Shown here: positions 52,767-64,000 of the stretch, piece after piece | Position numbering within the stretch: the first letter of the stretch is position 1 | How the letters are laid out: every line of letters starts with the position of its first letter | DNA from: an uncultured delta proteobacterium | Lineage (GTDB): Bacteria; Desulfobacterota; Binatia; UBA9968 | Reading direction: 5' to 3' | DNA: 64,000 nucleotides | Assembly: GCA_963847445.1 (NCBI GenBank) | Contig: CAWJZV010000046.1 | Location: forward strand, 192,001 to 256,000 | Translations under genes and position numbers: made by a program | Notes under the pieces: model-generated | Databases searched by the model: none | The model's input: only the letters and a program-made list of their open reading frames with translations | What the model was told of the DNA's origin: nothing

Positions 52767-54035
52767 TCATCGCAGGCGGCCGGTGGCGCGGGACCAGGAA
52801 TTGGACAGACTGGCGAAGAAAATCCCGGCGCCGGCGAAGACGCCGATCAGCGCCCAGAGCAGCGGCTGGTAGGTTTGCCAGCGATCGAACACGGCGCCGG
52901 CCAACACCGGTCCCAAGACGCCGCCCCAGGTGTAAAACAGTCCCATGTAGCCGCGAATCTTGGCGAAGTGTTTGCGGCCGAATAAATCGCCGGCGATGGC
53001 CCAGCCGACGGTGTAGGTGGCTTCGACGGCGGCGAACAGCATGGTGAAAAGCGCCATGAGCCAGAACGAGCTGGTGTAGATCGGCAACAGCATGGCGAGG
53101 GCGGCGCTGAATAATATCAGCGCGCATAGACCGCGGCTTATGGGCGCGGTCGGCGTACCAACCAAAAATCAGAGTCGACGCCATGCCGAGAAAGGCAAAC
53201 GCGCTCAGCAACCAAGCGCGCTTCCTGCTGGCTCAGTCCTTTCCAGATCATCAGCGGAATGAAATGGACGGACACCGCGTGGTAAGACGCGTTGCGCACG
53301 CCGCTGGCCAGTACCGAGCCCCAGAAGGCGAACGAGCGCAATGCTTGAGCGAGGGTGACTTCCGACTCGGCGCGCGGCGCTTGGCCGGCGCGGTCGTCGC
53401 TTGCCAGCGCGTCCGGCGGCGCGTCGCCGTCGGGCAACAGTCCCATGCTCTCCGGTGAGCGGCGTATGGTCGAGACATATCGGTAGACCGACGACTAGAA
53501 AGGTCATGCCGGCCACCACCGCGCCCCAACGCCAACCCCAGGCTTGAACGACCAGGCTCAAGAGCGGCGCGATCAGCACGCCGCCGAGGCCGAAGGCGGC
53601 GCTGTTCAATGTGATCGCGCGGGCGCGTTGGCGGATGAACCAGGTGTTGATCAGCACCATCGGCGCATGCATGAAGCCGCCGGCATGGACCAGTGAAATG
53701 ATGCCGAGGTAGACGACTAAAAAACTCGCGTAGCTGTCGACCTGGGAGAGGATCAAGTAACCTATTCCCATGAGCAACGCGGCCGTTAGCATGATCGGCT
53801 TGGGACCGTAACGGTCGAGCAGGTGGCCGACGATGGGGCCTTCGATGGCGCCCTCGGCGCGCGCCAGGGAAAAAGCCAGAGACGTCGCTGTGCGATTGAT
53901 GTTCAAGTCTTGGCTTAGCGGCAAAAAGAATACCGTGAAGCCGAAACTATGCAGCCCGGCGCCGAGCACGCGCAGCGCCGAGGCGACGCCGACCATGCGC
54001 CAGCCGTAGTACAGCCCGGAGAGTTTAGCGAGCAA
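52767..54035 (-). CDS. MFS transporter, close paralog of 48619-49872 (frameshifted)
   Basis: Shares LGAGLHS.GFTVFFLPLSQ, FSLARAEGAIEGPIVGHLLDRYGP, GGFMHAPM and FGRKHFAKIRGYM. Confidence 0.85.
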
Positions 54036-54179
54036 GAAAATTGTCCTGTCTGGCGAATTGGCACTTCACGAATCACATCTGACTTAGCACGAGGTTGTCT
54101 GCAAAGGAAAGAACCTTACAAGGTTCACCGTTGGAAATCCGACTCTTGCCTTGAACTTTTTAACTTTGAAGCCGCGGAA

Positions 54180-55572
54180 TTAAAATTCCGCGTTGCCCGG
54201 GGTGCGCGGGAAGGGGATGACGTCGCGAATGTTTTTCAGGCCGGTGAGATACATCATCATGCGTTCTAGGCCGAGACCGAAGCCGGCGTGGGGCACCGAG
54301 CCATAACGGCGCAGGTCTAAGTACCACCAGTAGGGTTTGTCGTCCAAGCCGCTGTCGCGCAGACGCTGCAGCAAGATGTCATGACGTTCTTCGCGCTGGC
54401 TGCCGCCAATGATCTCGCCGACCCGCGGCACGAGCACGTCCATGGCGCGGACGGTTTTGTCGTCGTCGTTGACGCGCATGTAAAAGGCTTTGATGGCTTT
54501 CGGATAGTCGGTGACGATCAGCGGTTTCTTGAAAATCTCTTCTGAGAGGAATCTTTCATGCTCGGTTTGCAAGTCGCAGCCCCACTCGACGGGAAACTCC
54601 CAAGTCTTGCCGGACTTTTGCAATTCTGTGACGGCGTCGGTGTAAGTTATGTGACCGAAATCCGATTCCGCGACATGCTCGAGCGTCGCCAGGACCGATT
54701 TCTCGATGAACTGGTTGAAGAATTCCAGATCCTCGCGGCAATGCTCCAGCACATAGCGAATCGTGTATTTCAAGAACTCCTCGGCCAGCCGCATGTTGTC
54801 GTTCGAGCTCGTAAAAGGCCATCTCCGGCTCGACCATCCAGAACTCGGCCAGGTGGCGCGGCGTGTTGCTGTTCTCGGCGCGGAAGGTTGGGCCGAAGGT
54901 GTAGACCTTGGAAAATGCCGCAGCGAAAATTTCCCCTTCGAGCTGGCCGCTGACCGTGAGGAACGCCGGCTTGCCAAAGAAGTCCTTCTGCCAATCTATT
55001 TTGCCGTCTTCGGTGCGCGGCGGCTGTTGCATGTTCAACGTCGACACGCCAAACATCTGGCCGGCGCCTTCGCAATCCGAAGTCGTGACGATCGGCGTGT
55101 GCACGTAGATAAACTCGCGCTCCTGGAAGAACAGATGGATCGCGTGGGTTAAAGCGTTGCGCAGCCGAAATGCCGCTCCGAAGGTATTGCTGCGAACTCT
55201 AAGGTGGGAAATCTCGCGGAGAAACTCGAGGGTGTGGCCCTTTTTCTGCAGCGGATAAGTTTGCGGATCGGCGCCGCCGTAGAGATGAATCGATGCAACT
55301 TTCAACTCCACCGCCTGTCCCTTGGCCGGCGACTCGACCAGTGTTCCCGTCGCCGCCAAACTGCTGCCAGTGGTGATCTGTTTCAACGTATCTTCGGGAA
55401 TCGTTCCAGCGTCGACGACCAGCTGCATGCTTTTGAAGCGCGAGCCGTCGTTGAGTTCGATAAAAGTGACGCCTTTGGAGTCGCGCCGCGAGCGCGCCCA
55501 ACCACGCAGGGTTAACTCCGTGCCGACGGATAACTTGTATGCTTGTTTGACCGAAAAGAATTGTGTTGCCAT
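54180..55572 (-). CDS. asnS: Asparagine--tRNA ligase (frameshift near 54805)
   Basis: [63 protein letters not shown] and [11 protein letters not shown]. Confidence 0.95.
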
Positions 55573-55650
55573 AGGGTCGAAGTATCGGATAACCGCTCGA
55601 GTTGTCAACCATGGAGTCGGCAATGATGGTGGTTCAGTTTCGCAAAAATT

Positions 55651-55711
55651 TGTCGGGGCGGACCTATGTGTCCGCCCGTTCGGAGGACCGACACGCAGGT
55701 CGGCCCCTACA
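55651..55711. repeat. REP-like inverted pair (GTAGGGG family)
   Basis: tgtcggggcggacctatgtgtccgccc ... ggaccgacacgcaggtcggcccctaca. Confidence 0.75.
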
Positions 55712-55916
55712 TTGAGATGCGACGTTGAAATCAGACTGAATCACAACCGTCGGCACTGATGGCATGGAACGGGGTGCTGAAAAAGCGAATTCCTGCATCG
55801 ACCCTTCGACTTCGCTAAGGCGGGTTAAACGCCGCATGACTGGAACCTTTGTAATCATTGTAAGACTCTAATCGCTACTGGTTTATTCGCCACAGCCAGC
55901 TGCGCCGTGCTTCCGA

Positions 55917-55995
55917 CGTAGGATGGGTGGAGCGTTAGCGATACCCATGATTGCGAACGGTGGGTATCTACGCATTGCGCCTCCGCCCACCCGAC
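55917..55995. repeat. GTAG-family REP-like pair
   Basis: cgtaggatgggtggagcgttagcgataccca ... tgggtatc...ctccgcccacccgac. Confidence 0.65.
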
Positions 55996-56339
55996 AGCTT
56001 CGTTCGAAGTGCATGTTTTTCGATATCCCGCTGCTTGCGGCGGGGTGCTTCATTCGTTCGTCTTGGGTGCGACTGAGGACGATCGGAAACGAGCCAGTTT
56101 AACCACTGGACAAGAGCGTCAGTTCAAGAACTCGTATGCCTCAAACTTTATCCTTTTGGCTTATCCGTTATCCTTTGTTATTGTCCAAACGCTCCGAGCC
56201 GGGATGTGACAACTTTGGCTCTGCTGGTTTTACCAGCGTAGGTGCGACAAAGACCGGACGGGTTTTGAGCAGTTTCATTTCAGGTGGGCTACGCAAAATT
56301 GGCGTGCGTCTGAAACAACGGCATTGAAACGAAGTTAAG

Positions 56340-59300
56340 ATGGATATTCCATTTTTCGACCATCCGATCTTAAACTCACCCTACGAGTCTCCGCGGCGTC
56401 ATTGGGAACTCGACGATCAAGGTCAGCCGACGCAACAAATCATCGAACATCGCCGCCGCGCACAGTTCATCACCCCGATTCCTAAACCGAAAAAGCGCAA
56501 AGGTTTGGCGAGTCAGCAACAGATTATCTTCGATGAAGGCAAAGGACTCTCTACTCAGAAACAGCAATACGATATCAACGCGATCATTAATCGTGTCCGC
56601 CAAGAGGTTGGCCAATGGAGAAGCTTACCGACGCCGGCGCAGGTCACTCCAGAAACCGCGCGACTATTGGAGCATTGGCGCCATCACAAGTTTAACGATA
56701 TTCGCCCGTTTTTTTGTCAGGTCGAGGCGGTTGAGACAGTTATCTGGCTAACGGAGGTTGCAGCGCATTTTGCCGCAGGCAAAAACATACTGGAGAACCT
56801 TGCTTCAGTGAACCGCGACGCCAACCCCGAACTCCAGCGGCTCGCGCTGAAGCTCGCCACTGGCGCGGGCAAGACTACGGTCATGGCCATGCTCATTGCA
56901 TGGCAGACCATTAACGCGGTTCGCCGGGCTGGCAGTAAAAACTTCACGCGCGGATTTCTCGTGGTCGCGCCCGGTCTTACGATCAAGGATCGCCTGCGGG
57001 TTTTGCAGCCAAACGACCCGGACAGTTACTACAAGGATCGCGAAATAGTTCCCCAAGATCTGCTTGAGGATGTCAGCCGAGCCAAGATCGTCATTACCAA
57101 CTACCATGCGTTCATGCTCCGCGAGCGGGTGGAAATCTCCAAAGGCGGCCGCGCGCTGCTGCAGGGCCGCACGGGTACAGAGATCGAGACCACCGAGACC
57201 GAAGGTCAGATGATCCAACGCGTGATGCCCGAACTTATGGGGATGAAAAATATCCTCATTCTCAACGACGAGGCGCACCACTGCTATCGCGAAAAGCCCG
57301 ACGATAAAGAAGACGAAGATCTGAAAGGCGAGGATCGGAAAGAAGCGGAGAAAAACAACGAGGCCGCGCGCGTCTGGATATCTGGCCTTGAAGCCGTGAA
57401 CCGCAAGCTCGGCATTGCCCGCGTCGTCGATCTGTCCGCCACGCCGTTTTTTCTGAGCGGTTCGGGCTACGCCGAAGGCACTCTGTTCCCGTGGACGATG
57501 AGCGACTTCTCGCTGATGGACGCCATTGAGTGCGGTATCGTCAAACTGCCGCGGGTGCCGGTTGCCGACAATATCCCCGGCAACGAGATGCCGATGTTTC
57601 GCAATCTCTGGGAGCATATTCGCGCCAAGATGCCCAAGAAGGGCCGCGGCAAGGCCGGTGCTCTCGATCCGCGCGATCTGCCGCCGCAACTGCAAACGGC
57701 GCTCGACGCCCTGTACGGCCACTACAAGCAGACCTTTGAGCTGTGGGCCAAGAACAAGATATCCGTTCCGCCCTGCTTCATCGTCGTCTGTAACAACACC
57801 TCGACGTCCAAGCTGGTTTACGACTACATCTCCGGCTTCCAGCGCCAGAACGACGACGGCACCAGCCAATTGGAGATCGGTAAATTCCCACTATTTCAGA
57901 ACCACGACGAGCACGGCAATCCGCTGCCGCGTCCTCGAACGCTGCTGATCGACAGCGAGCAGCTGGAATCCGGCGAATGCGCTGGATGACAACTTTCGCG
58001 CCATGGCCGCCGACGAGATCGAGCGTTTCCGCCGTGAGATTGTCGAACGTACCGGCGACGCCCGCCAGGCCGAAGATCTCACTGACCAGGAACTGTTGCG
58101 CGAGGTGATGAACACCGTCGGCAAAGCCCGGTCAGCTCGGCGGCCGACATTCGCTGTGTGGTCTCCGTCTCGATGCTCACCGAGGGTTGGGATGCCAACA
58201 CCGTGACGCACGTGCTCGGCGTGCGCGCCTTCGGCACTCAGCTTTTGTGCGAGCAGGTGATTGGTCGCGCCTTGCGCCGCCAGTCGTACGACCTCAACGA
58301 GGACAATCTTTTCAATGTGGAATACGCCGACGTGCTCGGCATTCCCTTCGACTTCACCGCCAAGCCGGTGATTGCGCCGCCGCAGCCGCCGCGTGAGACC
58401 ATCCAGGTCAAGGCCGTCCGGCCCGAGCGTGACGCGCTCGAAATCCGTTTCCCTCGCGTAGAAGGCTATCGCGTCGAATTGCCGGAGGAGCGGTTGACGG
58501 CCGAGTTCAACGATGACTCCATGCTGGAGCTGACGCCCGACCTGGTCGGCGCCACCGAGACCCGCAACTCGGGCATCATCGGCGAAGCGCGTGGATCTGA
58601 ATCTTGATCCACACTGGCGACGTGCGGCCCTCGCAGGTGGTTTACGAACTGACCTCGCACTTGGTTCTGCACCAAATGGCGCGACGCCGGCGAAGAACCC
58701 AAACTTCACCTGTTTGGGCAGCTCAAGCGCATCGCGCAAGCAGTGGCTTGATGACTATCTCGTCTGCAAGGGCGGCACCTATCCGGCGCAGCTCAAGTAC
58801 AAGATGCTGGCCGATATGGCCTGCGAACGCATCACCGCCGGCATCACCCGCGCATTCATCGGCCAGCGGCCCATCAAGGCCGTGCTCGATCCCTACAACC
58901 CGACCGGCTCCACCGCGCACGTCCGCTTCAACACCTCGAGAACCGACCGCTGGGAAGACCGACTCACGGCGCTGCCACATCAACTGGGTCATCCTCGACA
59001 GCGATTGGGAAGCCGAGTTCTGCCGCGTGGCCGAATCGCATCCGCGCGTCAGCGCCTACGTCAAGAACCACAACCTCGGCCTCGAAGTGCCGTACCGCTA
59101 TGGCTCGGAGATGCGCAAGTATCTGCCCGACTTCATCGTGCTGGTGGATGACGGCCACGGCGACGATGATCTCTTGCACCTGATCGTCGAGATCAAAGGC
59201 TACCGGCGCGAGGACGCCAAGGAAAAGAAGTCCACCATGGACACCTACTGGGTGCCCGGCGTGAACAATCTGAAGACTTATGGCCGCTGGGCCTTCGCCG

Positions 59301-59393
59301 AGTTCACCGAGGTTTATCAGATCGAGGCCGACTTCAAGGCCAAGGTCGAAAGCGAGTTCAACAAGATGATTGCGAAAGCCGCGCCAGCCATGA
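56340..59393 (+). CDS. res: Type III restriction endonuclease Res subunit (BPTD_3080-like; multiple frameshifts)
   Basis: PILNSPY, FFCQVEAVET, LATGAGKT, NDEAHH, LSATP, MLTEGWD, EQVIGRALRR and C-terminal YLPDFIV...EIKG nuclease motif. Confidence 0.9.
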
Positions 59394-60544
59394 CGAAGGC
59401 AGTTTCCCACCCGGATTATCCTGCCTTTCTCGCCGCGCTGAAAGAACGCATCCTTCATGCCCGCACCACCGCCGCCCGCGCGGTCAATCGCGAATTGGTT
59501 TTGTTCTATTGGGACATTGGGCAGGCCATCGTGGAAAAGCAGCAGACTGCTCGGATGGGGCGACTCGGTGATCGAGCGTCTTGCCGCCGATCTTGCGGAC
59601 GCGTTTCCCGACATGCGTGGGTTTTCCGCCGCGCAACATGCGGGACATGAAGCAGTTCTATCTCGCCTACTCCGCCGAATCAATTTGGCGACAGCCTGTT
59701 GCCAAATCTGGTCAAGAGCCGCTCAGCGGAAAGCCCAATTTGGCCACAAGCTGTGGCCAAATTAGACGAGAGATCACACGACCGACTTTCTGCGACAACT
59801 TGTCGCACAAGTTCCGTGGGGCCATCACTGCTCGATATGTTGAACAAGCTCACCGACCCCGCCGCCCGTCTCTATTACCTCCGTGCCACCGCCCAGCTTC
59901 GGCTGGCGCCGCAACGTCCTGCTCAACCAGATCAAGGCCGGCGCCTACGAGCGCGCGGTCAAGGAGAAGAAGACGCACAACTTCGCCACTCGCCCTGCCG
60001 GAGCATTTCGCCGAGCAGGCGGACGAGATGCTGAAGAGCCGCTACAACCTGGAGTTCCTCGGCATCGGCCGCGCCGATCAAGGAGCGCGAACTGGAAGAC
60101 CGGCTGATCGACGCGCCTGCAGCAGTTCATCCTCGAACTCGGCTACGGCTTCTGCTTCGTCGGCCGGCAATACCGGCTCGCCCTCGGGCAGCAAGGAATA
60201 CTTCGTGGACCTGCTGTTCTACCACCGCTTCCTCAAGGCGCTGGTGGCCTTCGATCTCAAGATCGGCTCCTTCGAGCCGGAGCACGCGGGCAAGATGGAT
60301 TTCTACCTGAATCTGCTGAACGAAAAGGAACGCGCCCCGGACGACCAGCCCGTCCATCGGCATCATCCTCTGCGCGGAGAAGGACGACATCGAGGTCGAG
60401 TTCGCCCTCAAGACCAAGACCAATCCCATCGGCGTCGCCGAATACCAGCTCCAGGCCAAGCTGCCCGCCGAGTTCAAGGGCCGCCTGCCCACGGCCAAGC
60501 AGCTTGCCGACGCGGTGCGCGAAGTCCTTCCGCCCGAGAAATAA
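59390..60544 (+). CDS. DUF1016/YhcG family PD-(D/E)XK nuclease-like protein (multiple frameshifts)
   Basis: AVNRELVLFYWDIG, GWG..VIERLAADL, YNLEFLG, ELGYGFCFVGRQY, VDLLFYH and AGKMDFYL. Confidence 0.88.
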
Positions 60545-60546
60545 TC

Positions 60547-63378
60547 ATGGCCAAGAAATCCATCAGCAAGCACCGCCAAGACCGTCGAGACCCTCACGCA
60601 CGACGAGGCCAAGCGCAAGAACATCCCCACCGCCGAATACCAGTCGGTGATGCAGAAGGAGGAAGCAGAGCCCGATGCACGATGGCCTATGACCGCCGCA
60701 ACCGCGACCTCGATCCCGCAGCTCGTCTGGCGCGGCAAGGATGAGCAGGACTGGAGCGACCTGGTCGTCCACGCGCCGCCGCTCTACATCCAGGAGAAGG
60801 TCCATCCCAAGGTGCTGATCGACGATCTGCTGCGCCAGACCCAGCGAGCAGCGAGGCACGAGGCCGGCGCTGCCAGCCCGATCTCTTCGCCGACTTCAAC
60901 GGCATCCCCAAGGGCGCGGACAAGACCGAGTTCTACCAGCACGACCAGAACTGGTCGAACCGCATGATCCTCGGCGACTCGCTTGCAGGTGATGGCCAGC
61001 CTGGCCGAGCGCGAGGGCCTGCGCGGCAAGGTGCAGTGCATCTACCTCGACCCGCCCTACGGCATCAAGTTCAACAGCAACTTCCAGTGGACCACCACCA
61101 GCCGCGACGTGAAGGACGGCAACGCCGACCACATCACCCGCGAGCCGGAGCAGGTCAAAGCCTTCCGCGACACCTGGCGCGACGGCATCCACAGCTACCT
61201 CACCTACCTGCGCGACCGCCTCACCGTCGCCCGCGATCTGCTCACCGATTCCGGCTCCATCTTCGTGCAGATCGGCGATGAAAATGTCCATCGCGTCCGG
61301 GCGGTGATGGATGAGGTGTTTGGGGACGACAACTTCGTCAGCGCAGATCGCTGTTCGCAAAGACGACAGGGCTCAGACGGCGACTATCTTGCCGTCAGTA
61401 TACTGACTACATTACTCTGGTATGCCAAAGATCGAGCAGAGCCGTAAAGTATCGTCCGCTCTTTCACGAAAGAGCTCTGGCGGCGAAGGTGACGACGCGA
61501 TACCAATGCGCTGTCGAGCTGCCGACGGCGACTCGCGCGACTGACGTCGAAGGATGAGCTGGACGATCCAGCATACTCCCAGACGGAGCAAGCATTTTCG
61601 TTCAGCAATCTGACGTCAGCGTCAGCAGGTATCGACAGACGCACGTCGCGATTCAGTTTCAATGGAAGGCAGATCTTACGTCCCGGCAAGTGCGCATTGG
61701 ACAGACTGACGCGACAGGGATTGGACCGACTTGCGCAAGGCCGATCGCATTCAGTTCCGAGCAGACACGCTTCGATATCGTCGATATCTTGATGACTTTC
61801 CAGTCGACCCATTGACAACATCTGGGCTGACACCGATCGCTGGCAGCTTCGACGGCGACCGAAGATTTACGTTGTTCAGACAGCACCGAAGGTGATTCGA
61901 ACGCTGCATTCTCATGACCACCGACCCCGGCGACCTCGTGCTCGACCCAACCTGCGGTTCCGGCACCACCGCCTACTGTCGCCGAGCAATGGGGCCGCCG
62001 CTGGATCACCATTGACACCTCGCGCGTGGCGCTGGCGCTGGCCCGTGCCCGCATCATGGGCGCGCGATATCCGTATTACCTGCTGGCCGATTCCCGCGAG
62101 GGCCAGATCAAGGAAGCCGAAGTCACCCGCACCGCGCCGAGTTCCCAGCCCGTGCACGGCAACATCCGCCACGGCTTCGTCTACGAGCGCGTGCCGCACA
62201 TCACGCTCAAGTCCATCGCCAACAACGCCGAGATCGATGTCATCTGGGACAAGTGGCAGGCGAAGCTGGAGCCGCTGCGCGAGAAGCTGAACGCCGCGCT
62301 CAAGAAGAGCTGGCAGGAGTGGGAGATTCCGCGCGAGGCCGATGCCAAGTGGCCGGACGCGGCGACAGAAGCTGCACGCCGACTGGTGGCAGGCCCGCAT
62401 CGCCCGCCAGAAGGAGATCGACACCTCCATCGCCGCCAAGGCCGAGTTCGAATACCTCTACGACAAGCCCTACGACGGACAAGAAGAAGGTCCGCGTGGC
62501 CGGCCCCTTCACCGTCGAGAGCCTCAGCCCGCACCGCGTGCTGGGCGTGGATGAGAACGACGAGTTGATCGACCCGCTGAAGGAAGCCGAGCGCCGAGTA
62601 CGGCGCCAAGCAGTCCTTCCCGCAGATGATCCTGGAGAACCTCAAGACCGCCGGCGTGCAGCAGGCGCACAAGGAGGACCGGATCACCTTCACCGCGCTC
62701 ACGCCCTGGCCCGGCGATCTGGTCTGCGCCGAGGGCCGCTACCTGGAAGGGCGAGACGTCGAGAAGCGCGCCGCCATCTTCATCGGCCCCGAGTTCGGCA
62801 CCGTCCAGCGCGCCGACCTGGTGGCCGCCGCCCGCGAGGCGGGCGATGCCGGCTTCGACGTGCTGATCGCCTGCGCCTTCAACTACGAGGCGCACACCAC
62901 CGAGTTCAGCAAGCTCGGCCGCATCCCCGTGCTCAAGGCCCGCATGAACGCCGACCTGCACATGGCCGAGGACCTCAAGAACACCGGCAAGGGCAACCTC
63001 TTCGTCATCTTCGGCGAGCCGGACATCACACTCCTCACCGAGAAGGACGGCAAGCTCCGCGTGAAGGTCAACGGCGTGGACGTGTTCAAGCCGCAGACCG
63101 GCGAAGTCGTCAGCGACGGCGCCGACGGCATCGCCTGCTGGTTCATCGACACCGACTACAACGAAGAGAGCTTCTTCGTCCGCCACGCCTACTTCCTCGG
63201 CGCCAACGACCCCTACAGCGCGCTCAAGACCACGCTCAAAGCCGAGATCGACGCGGAAGCCTGGGCGACGCTCAACAGCGACACCTCGCGGCCGTTCGAC
63301 AAACCGAAGAGCGGCCGCATCGCCGTGAAGGTGATCAACCACCTCGGCGACGAGGTGATGAAGGTGTTCAGGGTATGA
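60547..63378 (+). CDS. mod: Type III site-specific adenine DNA methyltransferase Mod subunit (multiple frameshifts)
   Basis: [27 protein letters not shown] (motif IV), DPTCGSGTT (motif I) and C-terminal [16 protein letters not shown]. Confidence 0.9.
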
Positions 63379-63660
63379 CCGGAGGCGCGGCAAACTGGGT
63401 GGGGGCTGATCCTGGCGGCAAAGGCAACTCGGCATGCCGTGCTGATAGGCACGAACAACTCGAGACATCGTGTGTGGAATGTACTGACGAGGCGATCGCA
63501 TTTGTCCGCCAAACCCGCGATCGGACGTGGCAGGTGTCGGTGTAGATGCGCCCCTGTGGTATTCATCCGGGCGATCGGGTGACCGGCACAAGACCAATGG
63601 TTAGGAAAGCGTTTCGGCTGTCCGGCGGCGAATGCGGCTGCGCACTCGCTCCGCGGTGCG
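63375..63660 (+). pseudogene. DUF429 (RNase H-like predicted nuclease) N-terminal fragment
   Basis: WVGADPGGKGN...GVGVDAPLWYSSG.SGDR; ATGA overlap with the mod stop; broken and apparently truncated. Confidence 0.55.
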
Positions 63661-63694
63661 CACAGTACGGTTATAGGGCGCGGGGGATATGAAG

Positions 63695-63994
63695 TTAGCG
63701 CTTCTTCGGTTTCTTCGAATTCTTCGGCTTCTTGTTCTTGGATTTAGATATCGGCTGCCATTGTTGCTGGAGCAAACTTGCCAGGACCTTAGCGAGGGGA
63801 AACTTTTGTGTGACGGATTGGATAACGTCTTGCAACTGCTTTTCGCTACAAGTAAAGGCACGTTTGCCGTCGGCCACCGGTAGCGCGAGGTCGAGGGCGT
63901 CATAGCCGATCGAGTGCCTGGGAAGGCACTCCTTCAAAAGCCTGAATTCGTCAGTCGGCAAAATGAAAAAGAAGTCGCGCACGCGTTGAGTCAT
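63695..63994 (-). CDS. Hypothetical protein with Lys-rich C-terminus
   Basis: 99-aa ORF with no recognised motif; its upstream region is outside the window. Confidence 0.4.
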   Translation of the reverse strand: MTQRVRDFFFILPTDEFRLLKECLPRHSIGYDALDLALPVADGKRAFTCSEKQLQDVIQSVTQKFPLAKVLASLLQQQWQPISKSKNKKPKNSKKPKKR

Positions 63995-64000
63995 TACAGC

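Noticed and set aside
1770-63378. Widespread frameshifts read as mass pseudogenisation or programmed frameshifting
   Set aside because: They also hit asnS and aroG, are single-base indels without slippery motifs or accumulated stops, and fit long-read consensus error.

Overview
A GC-rich bacterial chromosomal window with about 55 genes. The many orphan NMT1/SsuA-type and TctC solute-binding proteins, the MFS paralogs and the short palindromic repeats suggest a Binatia/Deltaproteobacteria-like organism; this taxonomy is an inference. Single-base indels split roughly half of the genes, including housekeeping asnS and aroG, so most frameshifts are treated as long-read consensus errors and the fragments are merged. 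Main content: (1) 1.8-12.2 kb, a same-strand cluster with three heme-oxygenase-like diiron (PqqC/CADD/TenA-fold) proteins, a His-tailed EutA-like ASKHA ATPase with no eutBC nearby, a bicupin, a non-DapA class I aldolase and three solute-binding-fold proteins; this is the best candidate for an undescribed system. (2) A DM13-GMC-VOC-GH63-TLC cluster. (3) An OsmC-like gene with an in-frame UGA at the conserved Cys position and a SECIS-like hairpin, i.e. a probable selenoprotein that the ORF track splits in two. (4) A Cys-motif adenylate cyclase with a C-terminal membrane domain. (5) Assorted metabolic and transport genes (ppnP, DEAD-box helicase, LOG, aroG, asnS). (6) A type III restriction-modification locus (res, DUF1016, mod, DUF429 fragment) at the right end. 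Several dispersed palindromic and short tandem repeat families are present; one appears to encode a signal peptide. No rRNA, tRNA, CRISPR array or transposase was recognised.
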